Of a DNA stretch of 64,000 nt, positions 24,169 through 37,354 are shown piece by piece; the stretch's first letter is position 1; each line of letters starts with the position of its first letter. The notes under the pieces were generated by a model. That model saw only the letters and a program-made list of their open reading frames with translations, ran no database searches and was not told where the DNA came from. The DNA is from Massalongia carnosa (Eukaryota): assembly GCA_965645245.1 (NCBI GenBank), contig OZ287068.1:3100001-3164000 (forward strand), in the 5' to 3' direction. Position numbers and translations under genes: made by a program.

Positions 24169-27100
24169 ATGGCTGTAGATCCGTGGGAAGCTGCGCGCAC
24201 CCAGTACATGAAAGATTTGAGCAATGAAGAACAGAAGCTTTTTGAAACAGCCACACTGGAAAACCTCCTTGATAGTACAACAGCGGCTCAGAGGGAGCAT
24301 GAAGAGAAAAGCCATTCGCGACATGTCTCGAGGAAGTTAAAACCGCTTGTCAATGCAGTTCTACAGTATGGCACGGCACTCGACATCTATGCCAATACAT
24401 ATTCCATTGCTATGGCTCCTTTATGGGGAAGCATTAGAGTTCTTCTTCATGTACGAGCCACATTCTATGAGATACATGGAGTTATATAATCTTCTCTCTT
24501 TGTTAACGTCGTTCAAGATAGCACAATCATTTGAGAAATACTTTCAAAAACTCATCGACATGCTTGAGAGAATAGGGGATGTTCTCCCCAAATGTCAAGT
24601 TTATCATAACTTGTTTTCAACCAATGAAAGACTTCTACAAACAATCTCGGTGGCTTACGTCGATATAATTCACTTCTGTTGGACAGCGAAGAAGGCTTTC
24701 CGCAAAATGAAGAAGTCCACGACTAGTATGACTTTTTCTTTCAACTTTCAACGTATGCTGATATTTTGTTAGTATACATGACTCCGAAGCTTTGTTGGAA
24801 GGATGTCAACAAGGAATTCGACGAAACGCTAGATGGTTTCCGTAGTCATGTGAAGAGCGTTGAGAAAGAGGCTGGTATGTTGAGTATGATAGAAACTCAC
24901 GAAGGATGGGCTGTGGCAGAGCGCGAAAGAAAACGTAATTCCAAAAATTTACCGCTGTGTCATTTATGCCATTAATTTTTCAGCAGTCAAAAGAAGAGAT
25001 CAACTGTTGTCATGTCTTTCAGAGATTAGGTACACTGCGAACCATCAAAGCGAGCGCAAGAAACACCACCCAGGAACCGGATCTTGGTTAAAAGAGACTG
25101 TCGAGTTCAAGGATTGGGAAGCAGGCGCTCAATCACAGTGTCTGTGGTGTTACGGTATACGTAGGTTACTGACATTGAAACCTCTATCAGAATAATCGAG
25201 GAGACTGATAATTTTGGTATCTTTAGCCGGCTCTGGAAAGACCGTCTTAATGTACAAATCAAATGACTATTTTGAAACATTAGACAGGGTTAACACTGTT
25301 TAGGTCATCCACTATCGACACGCTAGCAGAAAGTATTCTTGAGAGGGATATCACTCTGCCCTCAGCGTCTTATCAAGATTTAGTCAAAAAAACCACACGT
25401 CTCAGAACTGCAATCGTCTATCATTACTGCGAATTTTCTGATTCACGATCCTTAGAGCCAACAATCATCTTAGGGACATTGATCAGACAACTGTTAGAGA
25501 CAGTGACTATACCTGAAGCTTTATACCAGCATATTGAACGATACTTTACACCGCGTACTAGACAGGCAATGCCTGAAGAACTGCTTGCAGTTCTTGAGGA
25601 TGCTCTACCACAGTTCTCAAAGATATACATATTGATCGACGGCCTAGATGAATGCAACAGGAAAGACATACATTTTCTTTTGCAAGTGTTCAATAAGCTT
25701 CTACAATCAAAGTTTGGTCACTCGACACTCAAGCTTATCGTTTTTAGTCGTCATAATGATGCAATAACCCGTTGTCTGACTTCGTACACTAGCGTTGAGG
25801 TATCGATAGATAAGATATCACTTGATATTAACTCTTTCATTGAAGAATCGGTGAAATCAAAAATATCTTGTGGGGATTTGGAGATTTCAGATGTATCATT
25901 AGAAAGAGACGTAATAACCACGCTGAAAGAGGGTGCACATGGAATGTAAATTTTGAATACTAAACGCTCTTATATATCACATGATTGTGACTAATTACGT
26001 TAGGTTTCTATGGGTTCATTTTCAACTCCTGGATCTGTGCGATGCCGCAACAGATCTTGAGGTTAGAGAAACCCTTCGAAATCTTCCAGAAGGTATGATC
26101 GCAACCTACAGCCGGATTCTGGAAAAAATAGCTGGAAATCGAACCAAAAAAGCTCTTGCTCAGCAGATGTTCAAATGGATTGTTTGCGCAAAGCGGCCAA
26201 TGTCCCTAGCTGAATTGGCCGAGGCCGTTGCTTTCAAATCTACCGACACTTCCTGGAGCCAGGAGAAAATTCCAAATTATGGGCGCTTGTATGAAGCTTG
26301 CGGAAATCTCGTTATGATTAATGAAGAGGATAAGACAGTCCGACTTGCTCATCATACCGTTCAACAATTCTTGCTTGAATCAGCGAGGGGGGTAGTTGAG
26401 TGCTTTCATATCTCTCTTCCACAGGCTGAGATAGAAGTAGGAGAAATTTGCGTTGCATACCTATCATTTTCAGATTTTGAAACGCAAATCGCTGTAGCAA
26501 ATCACCACATTTTGCCTGGATATCGCATACCTAAACCAATGGCGATTGGGAAACAGGTCGCTTCTCAGTCAGGCTTAAACAATATAACATCGTCAATATT
26601 CAAGGCTAGAAATCACTTTCGTACCCGTACATCTTTATTACCGTCTATTGACTTCGACCTTTCAAGGTTTGCGAAGTTGAGAATGCCACCATCACGAACG
26701 CTGCAAGAAAGATATCTCTTTATAGATTATGCAATTCAAAATTGGATCAGCCACACATCAGCATTTTCGGAACGTGATACAAATATATGGATATCATTCA
26801 GAAAGCTAGCCTTTAATAAGTGTCTGCCATTTGACATTAGACCATGGGGCGATATTAATGAGCTGAAAAAGAAACCCTATGCAGATTTTATTCAATGGGC
26901 CATAAGTGCACAACATTTGCCATTGCTGCAGCTTCTTCCACAAAATTGCTGTATTGTAGATGAGTGGTTTCTTCTAGCGATTCAAAACGATAACTTAACA
27001 ATCATCGAACTGCTGATAGCCAAGGGAGCGGACGTCGAGGCGAAGAATAGTCATGACGAGACAGCGCTGCACTGGGCAGCTGAAAATGGGCACACGACAA

Positions 27101-30100
27101 CCGTCGAGCTGCTGATGATCAAGGGAGCGAATGTCGAGGCGAAGACTGATCATGACGTGACGGCGCTGCACAGAGCAGCCGAAAACGGACACACGGCGAT
27201 CGTCGAGCTGCTGACGATCAAGGGAGCAAACATCGAGGCGAAGAATGATCATGACGAGACAGCGCTGCACTGGGCAGCCGAAAACGGACACATGGCGATC
27301 GTTCAGCTGCTGACGATCAAGGGAGCGGACATCGAGGCGAAGGATGATCGTGACATGACGGCGCTCCACTGGGCAGCCTGGAGCGGGCATACAGCGATCG
27401 TCGAGCTGCTGACGATCAAGGAAGCGGACATCGAGGCGAAGGATGGTCGTGGCATGACTGCGCTGCATTGGGCAGCCGAAAACGGGCATACGGCGATCGT
27501 CGAGCTGCTGACTATCAAGGAATGGGCAGCCTGGAACGGGCATACGACGATCGTCGAGCTGCTGACGATCAAGGGAGCGAACTTCGAGGCGAAGAATGAT
27601 CGTGGCATGACGGCGCTGCACTGGGCAGCCTGGAACGGGCACACGGCGATCGTTGAGCTGCTGACGATCAAGGGAGCGAACGTCGAGGCGAAGGATGATT
27701 TTGGCATGACGGCGCTGCACAGGGCAGCCGAAAACGGGCACACGGCGATCGTCGAGCTGCTAACGATCAAGGGAGCGGACGTCGAGGCGAAGGATGATCG
27801 TGGCATGACGACGCTGCACTGGGCAGCCGAAAACGGGCATACGGCGATCGTCGAGCTGCTGACGATCAAGGGAGCGGACGTCGAGGCGAAGGATGATTTT
27901 GGCATGACGGCGCTGCACAGGGCAGCCGAAAACGGGCACACGGCGATCGTCGAGCTGCTAACGATCAAGGGAGCGGACGTCGAGGCGAAGGATGATCGTG
28001 GCATGACGACGCTGCACTGGGCAGCCGAAAACGGGCATACGGCGATCGTCGAGCTGCTGACGATCAAGGGAGCGGACGTCGAGGCGAAGGATGATCGTGG
28101 CATGACGACGCTGCACAGGGCAGCCGAAAACGGGCACACGGCGATCGTCGAGCTGCTAACGATCAAGGGAGCGGACGTCGAGGCGAAGGATGATCGTGGC
28201 ATCACGACGCTGCACAGGGCAGCCGAAAACGGGCATACGGCGATCGTCGAGCTGCTGACGATCAAGGGAGCGAACGTCGAGGCGAAGGATGGTCGTGGCG
28301 CGACGGCGCTGCACAGGGCAGTCGAAAACGAGCACACGGCGATCGTTGAGCTGCTGACGATCAAGGGAGCGGACGTCGAGGCGAAGGATGATCGTGGCAT
28401 GACGGCGCTGCACTGGGCAGCCTGGAACGGGCACACGGCGATCGTTGAGCTGCTGACGATCAAAGGAGCGAACGTCGAGGCGAAGGATGATTTTGGCATG
28501 ACGGCGCTGCACAGGGCAGCCGAAAACGGGCACACGGCGATCGTCGAGCTGCTAACGATCAAGGGAGCGGACGTCGAGGCGAAGACTGATCGTGACGCGA
28601 CGGCGCTGCACAGGGCAGCCGAAAAAGGGCACACGGCGATCGTCGAGCTGCTGACGATCAAGGGAGCGAATGTCGAGGCGAAGGATGATCGTGACATAAC
28701 GGCGCTGCACTGGGCAGCCTGGAACGGGCATACGGCGATCGTTGAGCTGCTGACGATCAAGGGAGCGGACGTCGAGGCGAAGAATAATCGTGGCATGACG
28801 ACGCTGCACAGGGCAGCCGAAAACGGGCACACGGCGATCGTCGAGCTGCTGACGATCAAGGGAGCGAACATCGAGGCGAAGAATGATCATGACGAGACAG
28901 CGCTGCACTGGGCAGCTAAAAATGGGCACACGACAACCGTCGAGCTGCTGATGATCAAGGGAGCGAATGTCGAGGCGAAAAATGATCATGACGTGACGGC
29001 GCTGCACAGAGCAGCCGAAAACGGACACACGGCGATCGTCGAGCTGCTGACGATCAAGGGAGCGAATGTCGAGGCGAAGAATGATCGTGACATAACGGCG
29101 CTGCACTGGGCAGCCTGGAACGGGCATACGGCGATCGTTGAGCTGCTGACGATCAAGGGAGCGGACGTCGAGGCGAAGAATAATCGTGGCATGACGACGC
29201 TGCACAGGGCAGCCGAAAACGGGCACACGGCGATCGTCGAGCTGCTGACGATCAAGGGAGCGAACATCGAGGCGAAGAATGATCATGACGAGACAGCGCT
29301 GCACTGGGCAGCTAAAAATGGGCACACGACAACCGTCGAGCTGCTGATGATCAAGGGAGCGAATGTCGAGGCGAAAAATGATCATGACGTGACGGCGCTG
29401 CACAGAGCAGCCGAAAACGGACACACGGCGATCGTCGAGCTGCTGACGATCAAGGGAGCGAATGTCGAGGCGAAGAATGATCGTGACATAACGGCGCTGC
29501 ACTGGGCAGCCTGGAACGGGCATACGGCGATCGTTGAGCTGCTGACGATCAAGGGAGCGGACGTCGAGGCGAAGAATAATCGTGGCATGACGACGCTGCA
29601 CAGGGCAGCCGAAAACGGGCACACGGCGATCGTCGAGCTGCTGACGATCAAGGGAGCGAACATCGAGGCGAAGAATGATCATGACGAGACAGCGCTGCAC
29701 TGGGCAGCTAAAAATGGGCACACGACAACCGTCGAGCTGCTGATGATCAAGGGAGCGAATGTCGAGGCGAAGAATGATCATGACGTGACGGCGCTGCACA
29801 GAGCAGCCGAAAACGGACACACGGCGATCGTCGAGCTGCTGACGATCAAGGGAGCGGACGTCGAGGCGAAGAATGATCGTGGCATGACGACGCTGCACTG
29901 GGCAGCCGAAAATGGGCACACGGCGATCGTCGAGCTGCTAACGATCAAGGGAGCGGACGTCGAGGCGAAGACTGATCGTGACGCGACGGCGCTGCACAGG
30001 GCAGCCGAAAAAGGACACACGGCGATCGTCGAGCTGCTGACGATCAAGGGAGCGAATGTCGAGGCGAAGGATGATCGTGACATGACGGCGCTGCACAGGG

Positions 30101-30957
30101 CAGCCTGGAATGGGCATACGGCGATCGTCGAGCTGCTGACGATCAAGGAAGCGGACGTCGAGGCGAAGACTGATCGTGACGCGACGGCGCTGCACAGGGC
30201 AGCCGAAAAAGGACACACGGCGATCGTCGAGCTGCTGACGATCAAGGGAGCGAATGTCGAGGCGAAGGATGATCGTGACATGACGGCGCTGCACTGGGCA
30301 GCCTGGAACGGGCATACGGCGATCGTCGAGCTGCTGACGATCAAGGGAGCGGACGTCGAGGCGAAGAATAATCGTGGCATGACGACGCTGCACAGGGCAG
30401 CCGAAAACGGGCACACGGCGATCGTCGAGCTGCTGACGATCAAGGGAGCGAATGTCGAGGCGAAGGATGATCGTGACATGACGGCGCTGCACTGGGCAGC
30501 CTGGAACGGGCATACGGCGATCGTCGAGCTGCTGACGATCAAGGGAGCGGACGTCGAGGCGAAGACTGATTTTGGCACGACGGCGCTGCACTGGGCAGCC
30601 GAAAACGGGCACACGGCGATCGTCGAGCTGCTGACGATCAAGGAAGCGAACGTCGAGGCGAAGAATGATCGTGACGTGACGTCGCTGCACAGGGCAGCCG
30701 AGAAGGGACACACAGCGATCGTCGAGCTGCTGACGATCAAGGGAGCGGACGTCGAGGCGAAGGATGATCGTGGCATGACGGCGCTGCACTGGGCAGCCTG
30801 GAACGGGCATACGGCGATCGTCGAGCTGCTAACGATCAAGGAAGCGGACGTCGAGGCGAAGGATGATCGTGGCGCGACGGCGCTGCACAGGGCAGCCGAA
30901 AACGGGCACACGGCGATCGTTGAGCTACTAAAGGCTGCTCAACGGCTTCACAAATAA
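24169..30957 (+). CDS. Fungal NLR-like STAND protein: N-terminal helical domain + NACHT + winged helix + 40 ankyrin repeats
   Basis: N-terminal Goodbye/DUF7708-like segment (LKPLVNAVLQYGTALDIYAN...APLWGSIRVLL). HPGTGSWL, intron-split Walker A (WCYGI-PGSGKTVL, ~25140-25250), Walker B YILIDGLDEC, GMFLWVHFQL, VRLAHHTVQQFL, then the ankyrin array. Multi-exon; no lesion seen. Confidence 0.95.
27001..30930 (+). repeat. Tandem array of 99-bp ankyrin-coding units (40 units, one truncated)
   Basis: Consensus A[DN]VEAKxxxxxT[AT]LH[WR]AAx[NK]GHTAIVELLTIK[GE], near-identical at the DNA level. Units counted by hand from the ORF translation. Confidence 0.97.
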
Positions 30958-33258
30958 TACCACCCTATCCGCCCACCACCTTTGAATTACAAAAGTGGCA
31001 TTGACGGTGGGAAAAATTGAAAATATAATTAATGATGGCGCTGCAGGTAAAAAATACGGTGAGGGAGAGGCCGGCTTATCCTATAAACTTCTTTTCGCCG
31101 CAACGCAACTACGGCGATGCAATATGTATAACAACGGCTTTTCCGAGAGGCTCCATCCGAGCTCTTAAACAGAATGTTAATGAAATGCCATCGCAGCAGC
31201 TACCTGCCTGATCAATCAGGTGCCGCGGAAGCCTCGCCGGCGTTTTCACAGAAAGCAAAAAAGTAAAGATCCCCCATTATCTGACTGTTGTTGACAGATC
31301 GAATCCGAACGCTTCCTAATTGGAAATATTTAGCCAAGGCTAGGGAAGGGGTGCGTGTGGTGTGTGAACTTATGACTGTATGTGTGTCATATATATTATA
31401 TGCTTTGAAGCTCGTTGGTGGGGTTTTTGGGGGGGGAGGGGGGGAGGGGGGGGAGGCTATGGTTTGGGTATGTAGCTCTTACTATTATCATCGTTATCAT
31501 CGTTATCATCATCATCATCACTCTCTCTAGGTTAGTAGGTAAGTAGGTAGGTATCTCTCATTTAGGTTTCTTTTACATGGTTTCCTTCCTCCTTTCCCAA
31601 GTCCCAATTTCCAGATTCCAAACTTCCTCAATCTCTTCCTCTCCGGTGATTATCTCGTCCCATCTCGTCCTACTTATCTTATTCCCCCTATCCAACCCCC
31701 TGTCCAATCCCCTGGGGCCCCCTCGGCCCCCTTTCCAAGCATTTTTTGTCTTTGTTTTGTTTTACTCCATACTTGATCCCCGTACCTCGGTGTATGGTGT
31801 GAAGAGGATGGATATCTATTTAACTGTCAAGTATACTTATTTGTTCCTCTACATCATTCATGGTGTATCAAATAGCAGTTTATCCCGTTAGGAAGGGGGG
31901 GGGTTTCAAGTCCGGTTCAGATCCGTGTCATTCAGCTGTCATCTACTACTCAGCACTCCTTGTATTCACCCATTCGTTCGTTCAACAACTTACCTTACCA
32001 CAACATAGATCATATCATATCATATCCTATCCCCTCTTCAAACTTCCCCTCCACCTCCCACTACTCCATTTCACAACAAACAGAATATATCTATCCCGTG
32101 ACCTTCTGTTAAAACGCACGCACGCACTCATTCAGAGCAACCTAGATTTATCCTCAACCAACCAGCCTAGCCCGGTAAATATTTTCGGATTTTGAGATAG
32201 GTAATCCCTCCCCCCCCCCCTGCCCTAATCCCCAGAGCCCCCATAATCACACACGGGGGATGGAGCCCGAAAAGCCGGGCAAAAACTATTTAAAAAAAGC
32301 AGCGCTGGATGGGGACCGGACGATACGGAAAAAGGAGAAGAGATTAGTAGGAAAGGAAATAAAGGGGGGAGGGGACGAAGGAAGTGGTGGTTGGTGATGA
32401 TAGTTCCGTTGTTGATATTATCATCATTAATATCATTAGTATCATATCATGACTAGAGAAGAACAGACAAACGGGGTAAGTTCGGGACATGTACGAATGG
32501 AAAGGAATTGAGAATTACGTTGTCGTAGATGCATGCGTGTCGTGTGCATGATCCATCTATCAATTTACCAATCCATCCATCTAGCAGTGCCCGATTCCGC
32601 TCCGGGCTTTAAAACCAGTCACAGGCAGGCGTGTAGGTATAAATATAGATAGACAGATTAAATAAATAGACAGAATTCCCGTGCCCTGTTCCCTCCCTCC
32701 CTATGTAGAGTAATATAAACAAACAAACAAAAATAGAGTGGGTGGTTAGATAGTTGGGTAGCTGGGTAAGCAGATGGGATTTATGTACCTCTAAGTAGCC
32801 AGCCTATTTATTAAACCCTCTAAAAGGAGAAGAAGAAAAAACAGAACCCCTTTTCCCCCTAGAGATCCTTCCCTCACATCACAGGAGTTTGTTCTCTTTC
32901 TCTTCCTTCGCTCCTTCCTCTCTCCTCTTCTCTTTTTCCGTCTCTTTTCGGGATTTAGCAGATTTTCCTTGCCTTGCCTTGCCTAGCCTAGTAGGTAGGG
33001 GGTACTCCGGAATAGGTACTGTAGAGGGCAGGTCTCTCTCTAGGAGTTTCGTATGTGTGGGTTCATCAATACGACGCGCGTTTTCGGTGTCAACTAATCA
33101 CCTCTCTATACCTACCTAGTTGATTTAAATGGAGATTGGCACGGGAACATTTCTGTTCATTATCGTCCTTTTTGTCCTTTGCTCCTTTGTTCTTGATGCT
33201 CAGAATTAAATATCCTGCAACAAAAGAAACCACACACAAAAGGAGCTGATTATGTTTT

Positions 33259-35655
33259 TCAAAATTTTTCCATGTACTCGGCCTCTACGTGACCGACTAA
33301 TTCATCCTTGTAGGCTACGACGAAATCCAAAGTAGCATTGCCGAGCGCGATGCAGAGTTGAAATATGCAGCGCCGCCACTTTATCTTGGTGAGCGGGTTC
33401 TTGTGGCTCTTCTCCATCCAGAGCTTGCTGCAGTCGACGCCGTAGTGAACCATGCAAAGGGCTTGAACCGCTATATGTAAAAAAACAACACCAAATTAGT
33501 TAGAACTTACATAGATCTAGAAAACTAATCTGAAGCGGACAAGCATTTCTATACGGATTTCTGTAGATCACCAAAAAAATAAATAAAAGACGAGCTTACA
33601 CTCCGTTTTACGCGTCGGCGGCGTAGATTCCTCATTGTAGTAAAGACTGGTAGAGAATGTTCTCATACCAGTATCCAAAAAGCCGACCTGAACGCTACGA
33701 ATACATGCCGTAGTCAAAATTCGGCCCTCTTCCACCTCCTCGCCCTGTGGATCGGTTAGCTATCTTCCGAAACTTTGCATCTTTTAGAGATGGATCTGTA
33801 CGAACTCTCTTCAATAGCCAAGTCATCTGATCTTTGGCTCTATAGACGCCTTCTGACTCGTCGAGATAGCGATCGACAAGGAGATGTTTGGACGGATCAT
33901 AATTGTGCGAAAAAGCCATGCCATAACTGTAGCGCGATAATCTGGACACCACGGTCGGGCTAGTTACAATGCCGGGCAGATCTGAGTGCTCTAAGCCCCA
34001 AAGTGTGGCTCCGCGGCATATAGAAGACCATCTAGCACCTGTCAGACTTTCGAACTAACAAAGTTTGCAGCGGGAATGAAAGAGCAGGAATGAAAGAGCA
34101 CGAACGCGCCGTTGACCTGCATCACTTGTATACCATCGTTTACATGGCATTTCACCAACCGGTCGTACAGATACCGATTTTCACCAAAGCCACCAACAAG
34201 AAGAATCGACTACGTCGCCTAGGTGTTAGAAAGCTCACGTCTGTTGCCACATGGATTTCAATCAGTACCTTTATGGCGAGCCCTTTTTCTGCTACTTCGG
34301 CGATCTGCTCCGCAACTAAAGCCTCAATCTGTAATGATATGTGATCGAAGACCGTCCGCAGCGCAGAACTGTGTCAAATTAGCCAACGCGTAAAGGGAGG
34401 TGGCTATTAGGCCATCTTAGCTGTTGTTGAAAGAAGTGTCTTAGAGTTAAATCAGAAACACTATAATGCTTACATTTTGATCGTAATAGTATCATCAATG
34501 ATACCGTGGTTCGGGTCATCCTTCACACCTTTCAAGTCCACCGAGTAGTCTTGGTCGTTGTTCTCGCTGAAACAGCGCTTAATGCCATACTCGAATTCTC
34601 GCATCATTTTCTTCCGACTTCCTTCCCGGATTCGGTTGTATTCGGTTTCACCTATGATGGTGCAGATGTACTTCTGGAAAGCTAGGTCTAGGAATACTGA
34701 GCCGCATAATCCGCCTTGAACAAATACCTGGTGTTAGCTTAACTTTGTATGCAGGCAGAATGCAGGTAATTTGCACACCAGATCCAATTGCACATTCTCT
34801 AATCTTCAAAGGGTTCAAGCTTTGAACTTCGTAGCTGATCAAGTCCTGGAAAGGGTTTATTTGATTAGCAAAACACTGGCTAATGTAGAGTGGATGTCCT
34901 AACCACCGTACCACCCCCTGCATCACATACTACGAAGGCGTCTCCAGTCTAGACGGGGTTTAATTGATGTCAGTTTAATTGCTTTAAAGTTTTTCATTTA
35001 CCGGCCTCACCTTGAGTGAATTTTCGTCCGCCTTGTCTTTCAAGGTCGCAAGAGCTGCAGCTTCGGGCTCAGTTACCAACTTAATGTTTTTCGGCATGCC
35101 TGCGTTTCGAGCTGCCTGGACGGTTTTTTCCTTTGCCCCGGGGCTCCATATAGCGGGCACAGTCAATATGACCCGTAAAGAGAATATATCCTCAAAGTTA
35201 GGATGAAACTTTCGAATATCATCAATTGTGTAATCCCACAACAGTCTGAGATAATCGGCCACGACCTCTTGGGCCGTCTTGTTCACCTTTCTGAGTAATG
35301 TATTGGAGTTCTTGACTGGCTCTACTGTTGTCGCATACTTATGATTCTCTTCAAGAAGAACTTTTATCCACATAAATGACTCATCTGTAAGGCCAACACC
35401 GTAACCCCATTTAAGGGGCTTTCCGTTCAAATAGCTGATTGATGACGGCACTTTGTCTTTGGAAGCGTTTTGCGCCAATGGATCGGGCCAATTGTTGATG
35501 AGGCGAATGACCTTTGGGCCTCCATTGACAGCCCACGATACTCCGGAATGACTAACCAGCGTTCACAAATCAGCAACTATACTGCCAGGCTATCTTAATA
35601 CTTACGTTGTCCCGAAGTCGATGCCGACAACGATTTCTGAACTGTGCGTTTCCAT
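33259..35655 (-). CDS. Atypical Hsp70 / actin-like ATPase (HSPA12-like)
   Basis: Spliced motifs: VVGIDFGTTHSGVSW, NWP, KVPSSISY, VILTVPAIWS, VTEPEAAA, FVVCDAGGGTVDLISY, GGLCGSVFLD, ILLVGGFGEN, WSSICRGA, SRYSYG, QMTWLLKRG. Lacks the canonical peptide-binding domain signature and EEVD. Many GT-AG introns; the reading frame reconstructs without stops. Confidence 0.93.
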
Positions 35656-36257
35656 CTCGCGGAACCCAAATGCGATAGAGATTGTATTTGGGAGCAAATG
35701 CACCAGAGAGACGATGAGGCTCCGGCTTCCCAAGGATTAGGAGATGATCAAAAGTTCTTAGGTGCGGGGCAGCCATCCCTTCAAATGTAAGGCTCAAAGC
35801 TTTGAACAAGGCTGCGCTGAGCTGAACAGATTTTCGAAATACTAAAGCGGCAACGGGTTTTCAGCCTGAGCTTGGGGGTTAACTAGCTCAGCAGATAAGC
35901 AGAAAGAAGCAGGCCCTGTATAGTTCTAAATCTGTAACGCGCAGGTGTCGTGCTATTGATTGTGATGTTCTAGATCGTAGCCACGAAACTTGCAAGCCAG
36001 CCTCATGGGTGAGGCTGGCTTGGTCGTGTTAGAAATGATTACAAGATCTGGACTATCCCATCCACAATAGTCGAACTTATTGGAGTCACACAGTTCGAGA
36101 CCTATAACTTAAACCTGGAAGCTCTGTGTCCCTAATCAACCTTGTGAAATCCCCAACCGATTGCTTAAGTAAGAGCCGTAAGTGAACGTTAAGAGATACC
36201 CATCCATTCCACGATTGACAAGAAAACCAGTACAGTTTCTCGTCCATTCTCACAAAC

Positions 36258-37354
36258 ATGACCGCCGAACCCCCCTCTGCAGATATGCTGAGCATGATCC
36301 TTGTTATGGGCGTTACTGGTGCTGGCAAATCTTATTTTATCAACAAGCTTGCAAATTGCGAGGCTGTCGAAGTTGGAGATAAACTGAAATCTTGTACGAT
36401 ACGCCTGGAGCAAACGAAGCATGAAACAAAGCTTACCGTCATTTAGGCACTGCGACTTGTCAAGCAGTCCCCGTGAATATTGGTAGAAGTAAGGTGCTGC
36501 TAATTGACACACCTGGGTTCGATGATTCGACACGTACGGACTCAGAGATTTTGACTGAGATATCGCGCTTGCTCGCAGCGCAGTACGAAGCTGGCGTCAG
36601 CCTCAAAGGCGTGTTCTATCTGCACCGCATTACCGACATCCGATATCAAGGAGCATCGGTGAAAACTTTGAACATCTTCAAGAAGATCTGCGGCCAGCTA
36701 GCATTAAAAAATGTTATACTGGTCACGACCAGATGGAATGAAGTTGAGGAATCGCTGGGTGCAAGTCGAGAGCAACAGTTAAGAGATAATTTCTGGGCCT
36801 ACATGTTAAACAATGGCTCGACCATGGCACGCTTTTACGGCGATAGGGACTCGGCCATTGGGATGGCGAGCCAGCTAGTCAGCCAACGGGGCATTGTGCT
36901 AGAAATACAACGAGAGCTGGTTGACGAGGGCAAAACGCTCAAACAGACTGTTGCAGGTGCTTTTGTCAGTGACGATATATCAGAAATGAAAACGCAATAT
37001 GAGCAGGAGCTCAGAGACTTAGAGAAGCTTCGGCAAACACTACAAGACGGCGATCGCGCCATGAAGAGACAAATCCAGCAAGACTGGGCCCGAGAACAAG
37101 CAAGACTACAGACCGTTCATGTAGATGAGGAGAGATTGCGCAGAGAAATAGGAGCTGAGGTACGTGAAGAGATTAGTCGTAAAACGAACAAGAAGAATGG
37201 CGGCATTTGGAAAGTGATGCCTCTGCTTCCGTCACTACTTGGCATTATCGGGATGTTTGTTGGCATCCCTCCTGGAGCCACAGAGCTGTTGACATCATGG
37301 TTCTCGAACCTAGACCTTGGAGAGTCGGTTTCTGATTTTTTTGCAAACTTCTAG
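36258..37354 (+). CDS. AIG1/GIMAP-like (TRAFAC) P-loop GTPase with coiled coil and C-terminal hydrophobic anchor
   Basis: G1 GVTGAGKS, G2 KSCT (across intron 36394-36446), G3 LIDTPGFDD, YLHRITDIR, G4-like VTTRWN. Coiled coil (EMKTQYEQELRDLEKL...), then hydrophobic LLPSLLGIIGMFVGIPPG near the C-terminus. Confidence 0.92.

Noticed and set aside
26995..30911. Long antisense ORFs (up to 522 aa) with repeated motifs
   Set aside because: Shadows of the stop-poor 99-bp ankyrin repeat on the opposite strand.
27001..30930. Repeat array resembling CRISPR
   Set aside because: Eukaryotic coding tandem repeat with no unique spacers and no cas genes.
31000..33200. Possible small amyloid/effector gene between the NLR and Hsp70
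   Set aside because: Only homopolymers and microsatellites are visible; no credible coding signal.
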